Part shown: positions 1-12,728 of the stretch, piece after piece
Numbering within the stretch: position 1 is the first letter of the stretch
How the letters are laid out: the number at the start of each line of letters is the position of its first letter
DNA from: Mobula hypostoma
Lineage: Eukaryota
Assembly: GCF_963921235.1 (NCBI RefSeq)
Contig: NC_086097.1
Coordinates: 113,028,001-113,092,000 of the forward strand
Reading direction: 5' to 3'
Length of the DNA stretch: 64,000 nucleotides
Notes under the pieces: generated by a model
The model's input: only the letters and a program-made list of their open reading frames with translations
Databases searched by the model: none
What the model was told of the DNA's origin: nothing
Made by a program: the position numbers and the translations under genes

Positions 1-1098
1 CTATCCACTCTACTAGTTACATCCTCAAAAAATTCTATGAGATTTGTCAGACATGATTTTCCTTTCACAAATCCATGCTGACTTTGTCCGATCATTTCTC
101 CGCTTTCCAAATGTGCTGTTATCACATCCTTGATAACTGACTCCAGCAGTTTCCCCACCACCGACGTTAGGCTAACCGGTCTATAATTCCCCGGTTTCTC
201 TCTCCCTCCTTTTTTAAAAATTGGGGTTACATTAGCCACCCTCCAATCCTCAGGAACTAGTCCAGAATCTAACGAGTTTTGAAAAATTATCACTAATGCA
301 TCCACTATTTCTTGGGCTACTTCCTTAAGCACTCTAGGATGCAGACCATCTGGCCCTGGGGATTTATCTGCCTTCAATCCCTTCAATTTACCTAACACCA
401 CTTCCCTACTAACATGTATTTCACTCAGTTCCTCCATCTCACCGGACCCTCTGTCCCTTACTATTTCTGGAAGATTATTTATGTCCTCCTTAGTGAAGAC
501 AGAACCAAAGTAATTATTCAATTGGTCTGCCATGTCCTTGCTCCCCATAATCAATTCACCTGTTTCTGTCTGCAGGGTACCTACATTTGTCTTTACCAGT
601 CTTTTCCTTTTTACATATCTATAAAAGCTTTTACAGTCCGTTTTTATGTTCTCTGCCAGTTTTCTCTCATAATCTTTTTTCCCCTTCCTAATTAAGCCCT
701 TTGTCCTCCTCTGCTGAACTCTGAATTTCTCCCAGTCCTCAGGTGAGCCACTTTCTCTGGCTAATTTGTATGCTACTTCTTTGGAATTGATACTATCCCT
801 AATTTCTCTTGTCAGCCACGGGTGCACTACCTTCCTTGATTTATTCTTTTGCCAAACTGGGATGAACAATTGTTGTAGTTCATCCATGCAACCTATAAAT
901 GCTTGCCATTGCATATCCACCGTCAATCCTTTAAGTGTCATTTGCCTGTCTATCTTAGCTAATTCACGTCTCATACCTTCAAAGTTACCCCTCTTTAAGT
1001 TCAGAACCTTTGTTTCTGAATTAACTATGTCACTCTCCATATTAATGAAGAATTCCACCATATTATGGTCACTCTTACCCAAGGGGCCTCTCACGACA
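1..1098 (-). mobile_element. CR1 LINE ORF2 fragment (end of APE endonuclease into RT), runs off the window
   Basis: Minus translation gives VVRGPLGKSDHNMVEF near 1050-1098 and GQSQHGFVKGKSCLTNLIEFFEDVTSRVD near 1-90. Confidence 0.9.
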
Positions 1099-1782
1099 TA
1101 TCTGGGGAGCTTCAGGATGGACCCTGTCGTGTTAATTGATGGGACCCGTTGGTCTTCCTCTTTCCCCAATGCTGTTGGAGGAGTCTGCCATGTTGCCCGT
1201 CCTCCCACGGCTGAAGCGTTTTGAGCTCCCCGGCGCAAGCCACACTGCGGGTGATATGCTCCCATATGAAGGGGAGCCTGGATACGCTTCCCTGGGAGAG
1301 CCCAATGCTCGGTTCCCAGTTCTCCCTTCGGATCAAAGATCCGTCTTTGGGAGTCTAGCCCAAGGATGCGGAGGGTCCCTCAACTTACTCCCTGGATCTT
1401 AAGACGCTCCATCCGATTTCGTAGTTATTCAATTTCACCGTCAATTTCTAATCCCACTCCAGACGATAACATGGTGAGCATTCAGTCCATGATGACAGAC
1501 GAGAAAAGCTTGCTTATCTCCACTGCTGTTTTTATTGCGACAAGCACAATAACAGACCTGGGAGAGAACGACTCAGCCACATACAGATTATTACACACCC
1601 CAGTTACAGTCAGGGGGACCCTCAAACACACAAACGAATAACAATATGACACGAGCTCAAATGTAACAATAAATGATTACCTCACCAAAATTACCCAAAC
1701 GCATTTTAAAACATGAACAATAAGGAGGGCTAGGCACTAGGAGTGCTGGGGTGAACTGCAACCACGCCCCTGGAACGCCACA
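1099..1782 (-). mobile_element. Truncated LTR retrotransposon 5' end: LTR (1472-1782), tRNA-Leu-like PBS, degraded gag start
   Basis: Minus strand TGTGGCG...CTCACCA with internal AATAAA, followed by TGTTATCGTCTGGAGTGGGAT, which resembles the Leu PBS TGGTGTCAGGAGTGGGAT. Confidence 0.55.
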
Positions 1783-1844
1783 GTGTGCATGAAGTATACA
1801 ATCTTCAGATTCATCTTCCCCACAGAGAGCCATGCTCTTTTAAC

Positions 1845-2470
1845 ATTATATGTCAAGAGGACTAGAATATAAAAACAAGGATGTAATGCTGAGGCTTTAT
1901 AAAGCACTGGTGAGGCCTCACTTGGAGCATTGTGAGCAGTTTTGGGACTTATCTTAGAAAGGATGTGCTGACACTCGGAAGGTTCAAAGGAGGTTCACAA
2001 AAATGATTCCAGGATTGAATGGCTTGTCATATGAAGAGCGCTTCATGGCTCTGGGCCTGTATTCACTAGAATTCAGAAGAATGAGGGATGACCTAATTGA
2101 AACCTGTTGAATGTTGAAAGGCCTCATTAGACGGGATGTGGAGAGGATGTGTCCTATGCTGGGAGAGTCTGGGACCAGAGGGCACAGGCTCAGAGTAGAT
2201 GGGAGATCTTTTAGAACGGAGATGAGGAGGAATTTCTTTAGCCAGAGACTGGTGAATCTATGGAATTTGTTGCCACAGGCTGCTGTGGAGGCCAAGTCTT
2301 AATATTTAAGGCAGAAGTTGATGGATTCTTGATTGGTCAGCACATGAAGAGATCTGGGGAGAAGGCAAGAGATTGGGGCTGAGGAGAAAAAGGTATCAGC
2401 CATGAAAAAATGGCGGAGCAGACTCAATGGGCCAAATGGCCTAATTCTGCTCCTGTATCTTATAGTCTTA
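1845..2470 (+). mobile_element. CR1 LINE 3' fragment
   Basis: RGLEYKNKDVMLRLYKALVRPHLE, TRGH..R..FF.QR..NLWN.LP, CR1-type 3' UTR. Confidence 0.9.
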
Positions 2471-3309
2471 AAAATCATGGAACCTGTTCAGGAAAAAACA
2501 TCAATCTCCCACCCCCCATGTGCAAAAAAAAACCAATTTGTGCAAATAGCAACAAAAAAAGGCAAAAAAACTCAATACAAACACAAAATCAAATCAAGTA
2601 TCCATATTCAGTTCAGCTCAGTGTTCATTATCTGCAGGCCGTCCCAATTCAAAATACCCACAATAAAAGGAGTGACCAGAAAGCAGAAACACATCATAAT
2701 GTGAACTACAGAGTCTAAACCACAAACTGCGTCAGTTAAACCTTGCTCCAGCTCCATCCTCCAACATCATCGACAGAGAGAGAGATCATTCAAATGCAGG
2801 AACCTTCCTTTAGGATCCACACAGAAGGGTTTGTATAGTACAAGTCGTTACAGAATTTGGATGGAAATCCATGGCTGTCAAAGAAAGCTTCCCGCTGGCA
2901 GCATACTTTTGTGAAAATAGCCTTAAAATATCCCAGAGAGACATTTTATTGACTGGAACAATTAGGATGAGTCCTTAATTTGGCTTTATTACAATTCAAA
3001 ATTAGCTTATTTAGTTAATCAGTTAAACAGAGAGTTTATCCAAGTTAATGTTTAATACCCTGCAGTTTTCCCCAAACTGAATTACACGCTCTTTACACAA
3101 TTATGTACTCTATTAATAGCTTGATAGCTTTTCAACATTTTTTAAAATCAGCTATCCACAAAATGAACTCCAGTGAGAGAAATTACGTGTTTGCCCCAGA
3201 TATGACTCTTCCCTTCTGATGCACAATGTCACCAAGAGGAAAGTTATATTTCAGCTTAGGGGCATTTTGATTATCAAGTTTAACCATTGATACAACTACC
3301 ATATTATAA

Positions 3310-3616
3310 GATTAGCTTTATTTAGTCACACAAACATCAAAACATACAATTAACTGCATCAGTGTGTCAAATCCAATCAGTAAGGATTATGCTGGGCTGT
3401 GCACAAGTACTACTGTGTTTCTGGTGCCAACATGCCATGTCCAAAACTCACTAACCCTAGCCGAATGTCTTTAGAATATGAGATGAAACTAGAGCACTTG
3501 GGGGAAACTCTGCTATGGTCACAGGGAAAATGTACAAACTCCTTACAGGCAGTGGCGGGAATTGAATCCTGGTTGGTGATCGCTAGTGGTGCAATACGCT
3601 ACCCGCTACACTACCT
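3310..3616 (-). mobile_element. HE1-like V-SINE
   Basis: Reverse complement of tRNA-like head and the CTGTAAGGAGTTTGTACATTTTCCCTGTGACC core shared with other copies. Confidence 0.7.
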
Positions 3617-4000
3617 TTCATTTTTGCAAGACTTCATACAGATGATGAATTGGTTCAGGACACTGAAGAAATGCCTATGAATCTAGGAATTCTGCATAAA
3701 AGGAAAAGGGCAATAATGACTCCTGTGCATCTTCTGGAACTTCCATGGAATCTAATAGAAGAAATGTATTTAAATTAAATCCTGTTTTAAGATTGTTATC
3801 TTCAATTCTTTCACGTTGCTTGATTTGCATCCTGAGTATTTTAATTCCTTAAGTTGCAATGTTACAAATAACATGACACACTTGCATTTATACATAATCA
3901 GTTAAATAACAAATTCACCAAATGCTTCAAAAGGAAGACCACATGACAGAAATTCATTTTTCCTTATTCAGAGAGTATAATTATGAACTTCCTTAGGGCT

Positions 4001-4129
4001 CCATAAGACCGTAAGATATAGGAACAGAAGTAGGCCATTCGGCCCCTTGAGTCTGCTCCGCCATTCAATCATGGCTGATCCAATTCTTCCAGTCATCCCA
4101 ACTCCCCTGCCTATTCCCGATACCCTTTG
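4001..4129 (-). mobile_element. CR1 3' UTR stub
   Basis: CCATAAGACCGTAAGATATAGGAACAGAAGTAGGCC matches the reverse complement of CR1 tails elsewhere in the window. Confidence 0.75.
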
Positions 4130-4524
4130 TATGGGGTTCCATCTGTATGTTTCAAGACAATTTCTCTGCTTAATTTTAAAGGTACTGCTTTCACCTACAT
4201 AATGCAATACATACCCACAAAGGTTTCAAAATGCTACTCTGAAACAAAGAATTGAAGTCAAAATTAGAATCCAGAATGAACAGAGACTATTACAGTGAAC
4301 CAGTGTGTCATAACACTGTAGATGAGGGAAAATGTTCAAGAAAATGACTGTTCCAGGGTACATCTACTTGACACCTCTGCAGAGAGGTGATGGTAACCAG
4401 GGAATCTGATCTCAGTGCCAGAAACTGAAGATTTTCTTTGTCCCCCTACTGCATCCCTATCCTCGTGTGGAGTGACTCAAGACATTCATCCCATGGCCAG
4501 AATGGGGTAATAGCCTGATCACTG

Positions 4525-5175
4525 AGTTGCCTCACAGGTGGATAGGGTAGTTAAGAAAGCTTATGGGGTGTTAGCTTTCACAAGTCGAGGGATAGAGTTT
4601 AAGAGTCACGATGTAATGATGCAGCTCTATAAAACTCTGGTTAGGCCACACTTGGAGTACTGTGTCCAGTTCTGGTCACCTCACTATAGGAAGGATGTGG
4701 AAACATTGGAAGGGGTACAGAGGAGATTTACCAGGATGCTGCCTGGTTTAGACAGTATGCATCATGATTAGAGATTAAGGGAGCTAGGGCTTTACTCTTT
4801 GGAGAGAAGGAGGATGAGAGGAGACATGATAGAGGTGTACAAGATAATAAGAGGAATAGATAGAGTGGATAGCCAGTGCCTCTTCCCCAGGGCACCACTG
4901 CTCAATACAAGAGGACATGGCTTTAAAGTAAGGGGTGGGAAGTTCAAGGGGGATATTAGAGGAAGGTTTTTTACTCAGAGAGTGGTTAGTGCGTGGAATG
5001 CACTGCCTGAGTCAGTGGTGGAGGCAGATACACTAGTGAAGTTTAAGAAACTACTAGACAGGTATATGGAGGAATCTAAGGTGGGGGCTTATATGGGAAG
5101 CAGGGTTTGAGGGTCGGCACAACATTGTGGGCCGAATGGCCTGTACTGTGCTGTACTATTCTATGTTCTATGTTC
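4525..5175 (+). mobile_element. CR1 LINE 3' fragment
   Basis: ORFs 4538-4771 and 4799-5110 ([27 protein letters not shown]), (TTCTATG)n tail. Confidence 0.92.
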
Positions 5176-6079
5176 ACTAACGAATTTTGAGCCATTCCAC
5201 TGCACAACCAACAAAGCAGACTTGAGGAGGTGCCACAGGAGCAAAGGATTAATTTCATTGAGAATACAAGCAACAAGGAGGGTTTATGAAGTGAGCAGCA
5301 CAACAGTTATATACTGCCATTCACTGTCTTGAGCAAACCAAGGCATGATACAGCCAATAGTAAAGTAGGAACAAAAATAATCCAACATGTTTCTAAATTA
5401 TTTGATATCTTAATAAGGGCTATGATTTTTAATTAAATATACAATATAGAAATTGCCCTCAAGCATTTAAAAGGAAATCCAAGGTAGTTTCTCCAATATG
5501 TTGGGCTTTGAAATTCAGATATATATTAACTGAATTAATAAGAGGACTAAGTATCAGAGACACAGAAAGATTATTGGACTAGATTTGGCTCTGCATCTAG
5601 AAAGTCGTTTATCAGAAAGAATCCCCAAATGAACAATCATATTTATAACATTAGCAAATAATAGCCCACCAACATGAATAACGTCATCATGATCATGTTT
5701 TAGCCAAATGCAAACTTACAAAATTATCTATGCTTAATTTCTTCCTCCAAATGTGAAAGATGGCACAAAGTAGGACACATACAAAGAGCATGTTGAACAG
5801 ACATAGATAAATGGTAAATAATTGATAAAACATCAAGCTGCAGTTTCAAAAGGAGCACTAATCTGCATGCTTTTGATGAAAAATCTGATAATGATGAGAA
5901 TTTACAGGACTGATTAGCCTTGAGATTTACAATGTGTTAACTAACAACAGACAAGTAATATGGCTTACACTGGAAGTGAACGGCAAATTAATTGAAATGG
6001 AATTGGACACTGGCTCGGCCAGTTCACTCATTCCACAAAATGAGTTTGAACAGCGTTTGAAAGATAAAAAACTGAAGCC

Positions 6080-6167
6080 TGCAGATGCTGCCCGACCTGC
6101 TGAGTTCCTCCAGCGTGTTGCGAGTGTTGCTTCGACACCAGCATCTGCAGATTATTTTGTGTTTATG
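6080..6167 (+). mobile_element. Penelope terminal (pLTR) stub inserted in the Gypsy protease
   Basis: GATGCTGCCCGACCTGCTGAGTTCCTCCAGC...CCAGCATCTGCAG flanked by AGCCTGCAGAT at 6077-6087 and 6168-6178. Confidence 0.75.
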
Positions 6168-6648
6168 AGCCTGCAGATATCCAGTTAGAACATATACTGG
6201 AGAAAAGATAACTCCTGTGGGAATGACATTTTTAACAGTGAAATATAACAAAAAAGCCACATTGGGTTTGTATGTGGTAAAAACAGGAGGACCAGTACTG
6301 TGGTGGCATGAGTGACTAGACTACAACTTGATTGGAGATCCATCTACCATTTGCATGCCACATCCCTGTAATAGCATCAACTGAAAGTGAATTAAGAAAG
6401 GTACTGGATGATGCCACAGCAGTGTTCAAGGATGGCACTGGAAAACTCAAACATGTCAGGGGTAAAATAGTGTGAAATGAAAACACCACACCTAAGTTTT
6501 ACAAACCCCTTCTGTTTCCTTATACCATCCGTGATAAGGTAGCCAGTGAGCTAAATTGCAAGGAGGCTGAAGGAATTCTTTTCAAGGCTGAGTAGAGCCC
6601 ATGGGTAACACCAGTGGTCCCAGTAGCCAAGACGAATGGATCTGTCAG

Positions 6649-6968
6649 GAGCAACATACACACAAAGTGATGGAGGAACTCAGCAGACCAGGCAGCAGAT
6701 GTGGAAAAGAGTAAGCAGTTGAAGCTTTGGGCAGAGACCCTTCACCAGGACGAGAAAGGAAGGGAAGAAGTCAGAGTAACTTATCTTAATCCTAACCCTA
6801 ACCCTAACACTAATTCTGACTTCTCCCCTCCCTTTCCAGTCCCGATGAAGGGTCTTGGCCCAAAACATCAACTGTTTCCTTTTTTCCACAGATGCTGCCT
6901 GTCCTGCTGAGTTCCTCCAGCATTTTGAGTGTGTTGCTTTGTATTTCCAGCATCTGCAGATTTTCTCA
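6649..6968. mobile_element. Fold-back pair of Penelope terminal fragments with a (CCTAAC)n spacer, inserted in the Gypsy RT
   Basis: Arms about 6649-6775 and 6815-6938 are diverged reverse complements; spacer contains CCTAACCCTAACCCTAAC. Confidence 0.75.
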
Positions 6969-8829
6969 GCTCTGTGGTGATTAAAGGTCACCATCAACCC
7001 AGTACTGAAAGTAGCTCAATATCCTCTGCCCAGGATAGGGAACATCTTTGCAAACATTTCTGGAGGGAAACACTTCAGCAAAATGAAATTATCTGAGGCC
7101 TACCATCTACAGATGAAGGTGTTTTGTGGCTGCCTGTTAGGAGACAGATCTCAAGGTTGTATGATGCATACATATCTTGATAATAAATATAATTTGAACT
7201 TTGAACTTTGAAGAAGAGTCTGAAGTGTTTCTCACCATAAACACTCACAAAGGGCGTTATCACTATAGTAGGCTTGTCTTTGGACTAGCATCTGCAGAAG
7301 GCTATAGACCAGGTGCTGCAACGCTGACCCAGGTACTCAGTGTTACTTGGATGACATCATTGTTACTGATAAAGATGACAAGGGACATCTCCAAGATCGC
7401 AAGTCAGTGTTAAAAAGATAAGGAGTTCCGGGCTTGGAGCACGATGCAATGAGTGTGAATTCTGTAAACCAAGCATTCACTTACTGTGGTCACACCATTG
7501 ACGCACTAGTATTGCTGAGAGAATTCAAACAGTGGTGGATGGCCCAAGGACATGTCACAGTTGCAATCCATTTTTTAGGATTTCTCAATTACTATAATAT
7601 GTTCCTGCCAAATCCAACTACTATTCTCCACCACTGGAACTCCTTACTACAGAGCGGGAAGAAATGGCAATGGACAAAGCAATTTGAGGTGGCTTTCCAA
7701 AAGGCAAAGGAAATGGTAACAGCTGACACTATATTCACACGTTATGATCCACATTGTCCAGTGAAGCTTGCCTGTGATGCCTCGCCTTCGGTGTAGTCAA
7801 GTCTCATGATATGAGTGATGGAAGTGAATGCCCTATAGCATTTGCATCATGTTCCCCTACCACTGCAGAGAAAAATTACACACAGATTGACAGAGAGGTC
7901 TTGAATCTGATTTGGGGTGTAAAACGTTTTAACCAGTACATGCATGGGAGAGCGGGAGAGAGTTTGCCCTTGTTACTGATCATCAACCACTAGTGTCCAT
8001 TTTCAATCCACAGAAAGAAGTTCCACTAACAACAGCAGCCTAAATGCAGAGATGGGCTCTGTTTCTTGGAGGACACAATTTCAAGAACAAATTCTAGTGG
8101 ACATGGAAATGCAGATACATTGCTCCTTTTACCTTTGGAAAAGGAAATACCTGAAAAATTTACAAAAAGGACACTCTTTCTGACATATTCTTTTAAACGC
8201 AAATCAGAAGTCATTATGGCAAAGATAATCAAAAGGGAAACCGCGAAAGACCCCACACTGTCTGAGGACTACAGGGCAACCCAAAATGGCTGGAATGTGC
8301 AGTAGAAACTTCAGTTACCCCATTTTTACCAGCACTGGGATGAACTTGCCTTTAATAGGGGCTACCTAATGTAGGGATTGAGTGTTATTATACAATCCAT
8401 TCTGAGAGCCAAAGTGTTGGAGGAGCTACCTGCCAATCAACTAGGCATGATCAAAATGAAAAAGTCGGCTCAAAGCTTTTTTTGGTGGTCTGGGATTAAT
8501 CAGCAGATTGAGCAGCTTGCCATGCACTGTTTGGGATGCCAAAATGTCCAGAAGATACCAAGAGCATCCCAGCCAATGACCTGTTGGAGCACTAATGTGG
8601 ATTTTGCAGGACCATTCATCGGCCCAAATTTCTTGACAGTAGTGGATGCAGCTACAAAGTGGCCAGGGGGTGTTCGCAACAGCTTCCACTAGAGCCTCAC
8701 ACACTTTTGACGTGTTGAGAAGTCTCTTCTCAAGGACTGCTGTTTCAGAACACTTAGACAGTGACAATGGACCACAGCTTGCTGTGGAACAGTTTCAGTC
8801 ACTCCTGAAAGTTCCTGGAATAAGACATA

Positions 8830-8976
8830 TTTTAAGAGACTTTTGGATAGGTACATGGAGTTTAGAAAAATAGAGGGCTATGGATAAGCCTAGTAATTTC
8901 TAAGGTAGGGACATGTTCGGCACAACTTTGTGGGCCGAAGGGCCTGTATTGCCCTGTAGGTTTTCTATGTTTCTAT
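8830..8976 (+). mobile_element. CR1 3' stub inserted in the Gypsy integrase
   Basis: TTTAAGAGACTTTTGGATAGGTACATGG...GGGCCGAAGGGCCTGTA...TTTCTATGTTTCTAT. Confidence 0.75.
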
Positions 8977-11109
8977 ATTAGATCTGTACCATACCACCCA
9001 GCTACAAATTGCTAGGCAGAGTCTAAGGAACACACTGCAAGCAATGTCAGCAGAACACACTACACTGACACTGAATCAGAAGCTCGCCAATTTCCTCCTT
9101 GCATATCACAATGCAGCACACTCCACAACCAACAACTCACAAGCTATACTGTTACTGGACTGTCCCTCGAGTCCAAGCTTGCCAAGCTTGAATCTCCTCA
9201 AAACCAACCTTTGAAGGAGAAACAGCTGAGAAAAATTGAAGGCTCCTTGAACAAGGAGTTTTGATGTTTCACTCCTGGACAAACAGTCTTGGTGAGGGAC
9301 CACAGAGATGAACAAAAGTAGGTTCTTCTAAAGATTACAGACAGAACTGGGCCACTCTTCTACACAATGGAGACTGTGTCTGATGTCATGGGGAGATGAA
9401 ACAATGATCAGTTGAAGAGAGCAGAGTCAATTGTTAGAGAAGCAAGCTGGCCAGAGCTGCCAGAACCACTTCCTGCAGTCCCAGAGTCAACTCCTACAAC
9501 CACCATGGAGGCCTCAGATTCTGAGATTGTTTCACAGCCACTACTCTTACATGCCAAGCAGAGTGACTCACTTTGTCAGGAAATACTTTATCCCACAAGA
9601 GCAAGAAATATAAGATGACTAAAGAGCAATACATTATGTATTTGAGTTGACATGCATTCTATGCTGTCGGAGTTTATAGCTAAACTGTGTTGCATATTTA
9701 TTACTTCAGCAATATTTGAGTGATATTTGTAAATACATTGTTTGATTAAGCATTCTTTATTTAGCTAATTTATTATGGATTACATGCAAGAAGTATGTGA
9801 ATGGCATATGTCTTTACTCCACCATGTCATATGCGCCCGTCTCACTTAAAGTAAAAACTAAACTAAAACCACACACATTATCCCTGGTCTCCCCATGTTT
9901 TTTCTGTCACTAATTTCTCTTACTGCTCGGGGAAAGTAACTGTTTTTGAATCTGGTCCAGGCATGGATATTGCGTAGCCTCCTCCATGATGGGAGTGGGA
10001 CAAACAGTCCAGGGTGTGTGGGATCCTTCACAAAGGCCATTTCAGAGTGATTTGCTTACATCTGCTGTTATCCCTTAACAAGTCAAGTATCTCAGATGAG
10101 AAACAAAAGATCAAGTTGGCAAAACAAAGCAGATCTTCTCTATTATTTATATATCCATCTACATTCCTGTCCTGTTGCAGGAGATTCACCTCTGTTCTTA
10201 TCTTAGACTAAGTAATGTATTTCTATTTTCTTCATAAATAAAGTTAGTCAATTATTTTAAAACCCTCTTCACCCCCATGTCAGTACGAATTCTTTCTGCT
10301 GGGACATGTTCATTCCAGTTCAGGTGCAGCCCTCATCCCGCTGGCGGAGCTCCCTATGCTATCTTGTTCTAACAACAAGGAGATTGTCTCCAAGCAGAAG
10401 TTGTAAGAGGCCAATAGTGCATTCAGAGAATACACTAATTCTTCAAAACGGCAAGGAAATAGTTCCTTTAACATATGTTGCAAATGCTTTATTGAAAGAA
10501 GCATGTGTCAGAAACAAGGCAGAAGTCAGTGAAGATTAGTTTTTATAAAAAGCTAGTTTATTAAATTCATCTTGATTTAATTTTAAAGTAAAATGTATAT
10601 TTACTGCCTACTTATGACATTGCTTTTCAAAAACACTAAGAAATACTGTGTAACACGGGTTTGTAGAGCTGACAAATTTGCCGTAATACTGTTCATTACA
10701 TGTCAGAAATTTCCAGATTTGCACAATATTAAGGCCATTTTTTTCCAACTTTTGTCAGTTTTCTCAAGGTACTAAAATTTGTGGTAATGATTCACAAGAA
10801 CATGATAGGAGGTGTATGCCACTCTGCCCTTTGCACTGGCTCTATCATTTAATAAAATCATGGTCGATCTGATTGTAACCTCAACTGCATATCCCTGCTG
10901 CAAACTGCCACCAATCCCTAACATTGCTTTGAAGTGTCCTCCCTCTGCCTGAAAAATATTCAGATTGCTTCTACCACCCTTTAGGAAAGTTGAAAAAACT
11001 CAAAACACAGAAACTAGAAATGCCTCCTCTATGTCTTTAATGGGCAACCTTTATTTTTAAACATCTACCTAGTTAGAGAGAACTTAAGATAATTAAAACT
11101 AAAGCATTA

Positions 11110-11400
11110 ATTTTTATTATCAAAGTACATATATGTCACCATATTCATTTTCCTGCAACCTACTCAGTAAATCTACAGAATAGTAACTATAACAGGATCA
11201 ATGCAAGATTAATCAGAATGCAGAAGACAACAATCTCTGCAAATGCAAATATCAATAAATAACAATAAATATCAAGACAACAAGATAAAGAGCCCTTAAA
11301 GTGAGATCACTGGTTGTGTGAACATCTGAATGGATGGGCAAGTGAGTGTAGTTATTCACTTTATTCAAGAGCCTGATGGTTGTGGGGTAGTAACTGTTCA
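11110..11400 (-). mobile_element. Rex1/Babar-type LINE 3' UTR fragment
   Basis: Shares TTATTATCAAAGTACATATATGTCACC and CAAGAGCCTGATGGTTG with coding Rex1-like copies in the window. Confidence 0.65.
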
Positions 11401-11516
11401 ACTATTTCACTTGACACTTCTTTTAAGAATTAAGTAACAATTTGTTACTACTTCCATAGTACCGATTTTCTGTGACCTGTGACACAGGAAATAAAAAAAA
11501 TTCTGTGACTCTTCCT

Positions 11517-11653
11517 TCAGTTAGTCCTGACGAAGGGTCTCAGCCTGAAACGTCGACTGCGCCTCTTCCTATAGATGCTGCTTGGCCTGCTGCGTTCACC
11601 AGCAACTTTGATGTGTGTTGCTTGAATTTCCAGCATCTGCAGAATTCCTGTTG
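11517..11653 (+). mobile_element. Penelope terminal fragment with 15-bp TSD
   Basis: TCTGTGACTCTTCCT at 11502-11516 and 11654-11668; near-identical to the ends of the 30159-31444 element. Confidence 0.85.
11518..11559 (+). ncRNA. Minimal type I hammerhead ribozyme motif (Penelope-associated)
   Basis: AGTC-CTGACGA-AGG/CCT helix II-GAAA-CGTC-GACT: intact CUGANGA and GAAA boxes, GUC site, AGTC/GACT helix I. Confidence 0.75.
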
Positions 11654-11964
11654 TCTGTGACTCTTCCTACCAGTTTCCAACTTCTGGTATTTGCTACAGT
11701 GAAGACTGATGCAAAATCTGCACTTGTTTTCCATTTTTAATTTTGTAGCCTCCGTTTCAATTTCCTACTGGGTAGGGATTTCCAGATTGACAGCAATGGA
11801 AAATTTTGATGTTTCAAAGTTAAGAAATTAAAATTTCTCCACAGCACTAATATTATGTGGCACATTTGAAATAACTTTGGTGAATTCCTGTGGACAGAGG
11901 AAGATTACAAATCAAAAGACTTTTTATCCTGGCTTATTTTACTAAAAATGTGTAAAAGAAGTAT

Positions 11965-12101
11965 ATAAACACAATAGATTCTGCAGGTGTTGGAAATCCA
12001 GAGTAACACACACAGAATGCATGAGGAACTCAGCAGGTCAGGCAGCATCCACGGAGAGGAATAAACAGACGATGCTTCAGACCAAAACCCTTCATCAGGA
12101 C
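11965..12101 (-). mobile_element. Older Penelope terminal fragment with degenerate hammerhead
   Basis: Minus strand GTCCTGATGAAGGGTTTTGGTCTGAAGCATCG followed by GATGCTGCCTGACCTGCTGAGTTCCTC. Confidence 0.7.
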
Positions 12102-12365
12102 AATGCCTTAGTTCATTCAATGGTGTAAATTTTGTAGATGTTGCCACGGTACCACTCATTGAAACAAATGAAGTGTATCCCATTATATTCCTGTCAACCC
12201 TTGTACAGGGTTGAGAAGCTATGACAATTGTGGAGGTGTTTCATTCAATACAAAGGTAAATTCATTTTTCCAATTGTAGCTCTCCAGAAATAGTCGGACA
12301 ACTGCTGAAAATTATCTTTTATTTTGCATCCACCTGTTGAAAATGTAACTTGTGAGCTCATCTCT

Positions 12366-12728
12366 TTCATTCATTCATTACATGCCATGTCATATGATAT
12401 GGATGATCATGGTCTTTCCATAACCATGATTGTTCTTGGCAAATTTTTCGATTTAAGTCTTCTGGGTCGCGTCTTTAAAAGGCAGGTGACCGCAGCCATT
12501 ATCAATACTCTGCAGAGGTCATCTGCCTGGTGTCAGTGGTAACATAACCAGGACATGTGACATGCACCGGCTGTTCATGCGACCATCCACCTCCTACTTC
12601 CATGGCTTCACATGACCTTGATTGGTGGGCAAAGTAGGTGCTACACCTTGTCCAAGGGTGACCTGCAGACTAGTGGAGGGGGGAGTGCCTTATACCTCCT
12701 TTGGTAGAGACATATCCCCACCCCGCTC
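12366..12728 (-). mobile_element. Probable RTE-derived non-autonomous retroelement
   Basis: GC-richer body ending on the minus strand in ...CATGGCATGTAATGAATGAATGA with an (ATGA)n tail; family assignment from recall only. Confidence 0.4.

Larger units (their letters stand above)
5750..9900 (+). mobile_element. Degraded Gypsy LTR retrotransposon (gag zinc knuckle, protease, RT, RNase H, integrase, probable 3' LTR) with several later insertions
   Basis: CERWHKVGHIQRAC knuckle remnant, MELDTGSASS protease, FLGFLNYY, LACDASP, AEKNYTQIDRE, HCLGCQ, VDFAGPF, DSDNGPQ; many stops and frameshifts. Confidence 0.9.

Noticed and set aside
414..1224. Plus-strand ORFs of 93 and 152 aa
   Set aside because: Antisense shadows of the minus-strand CR1 ORF2.
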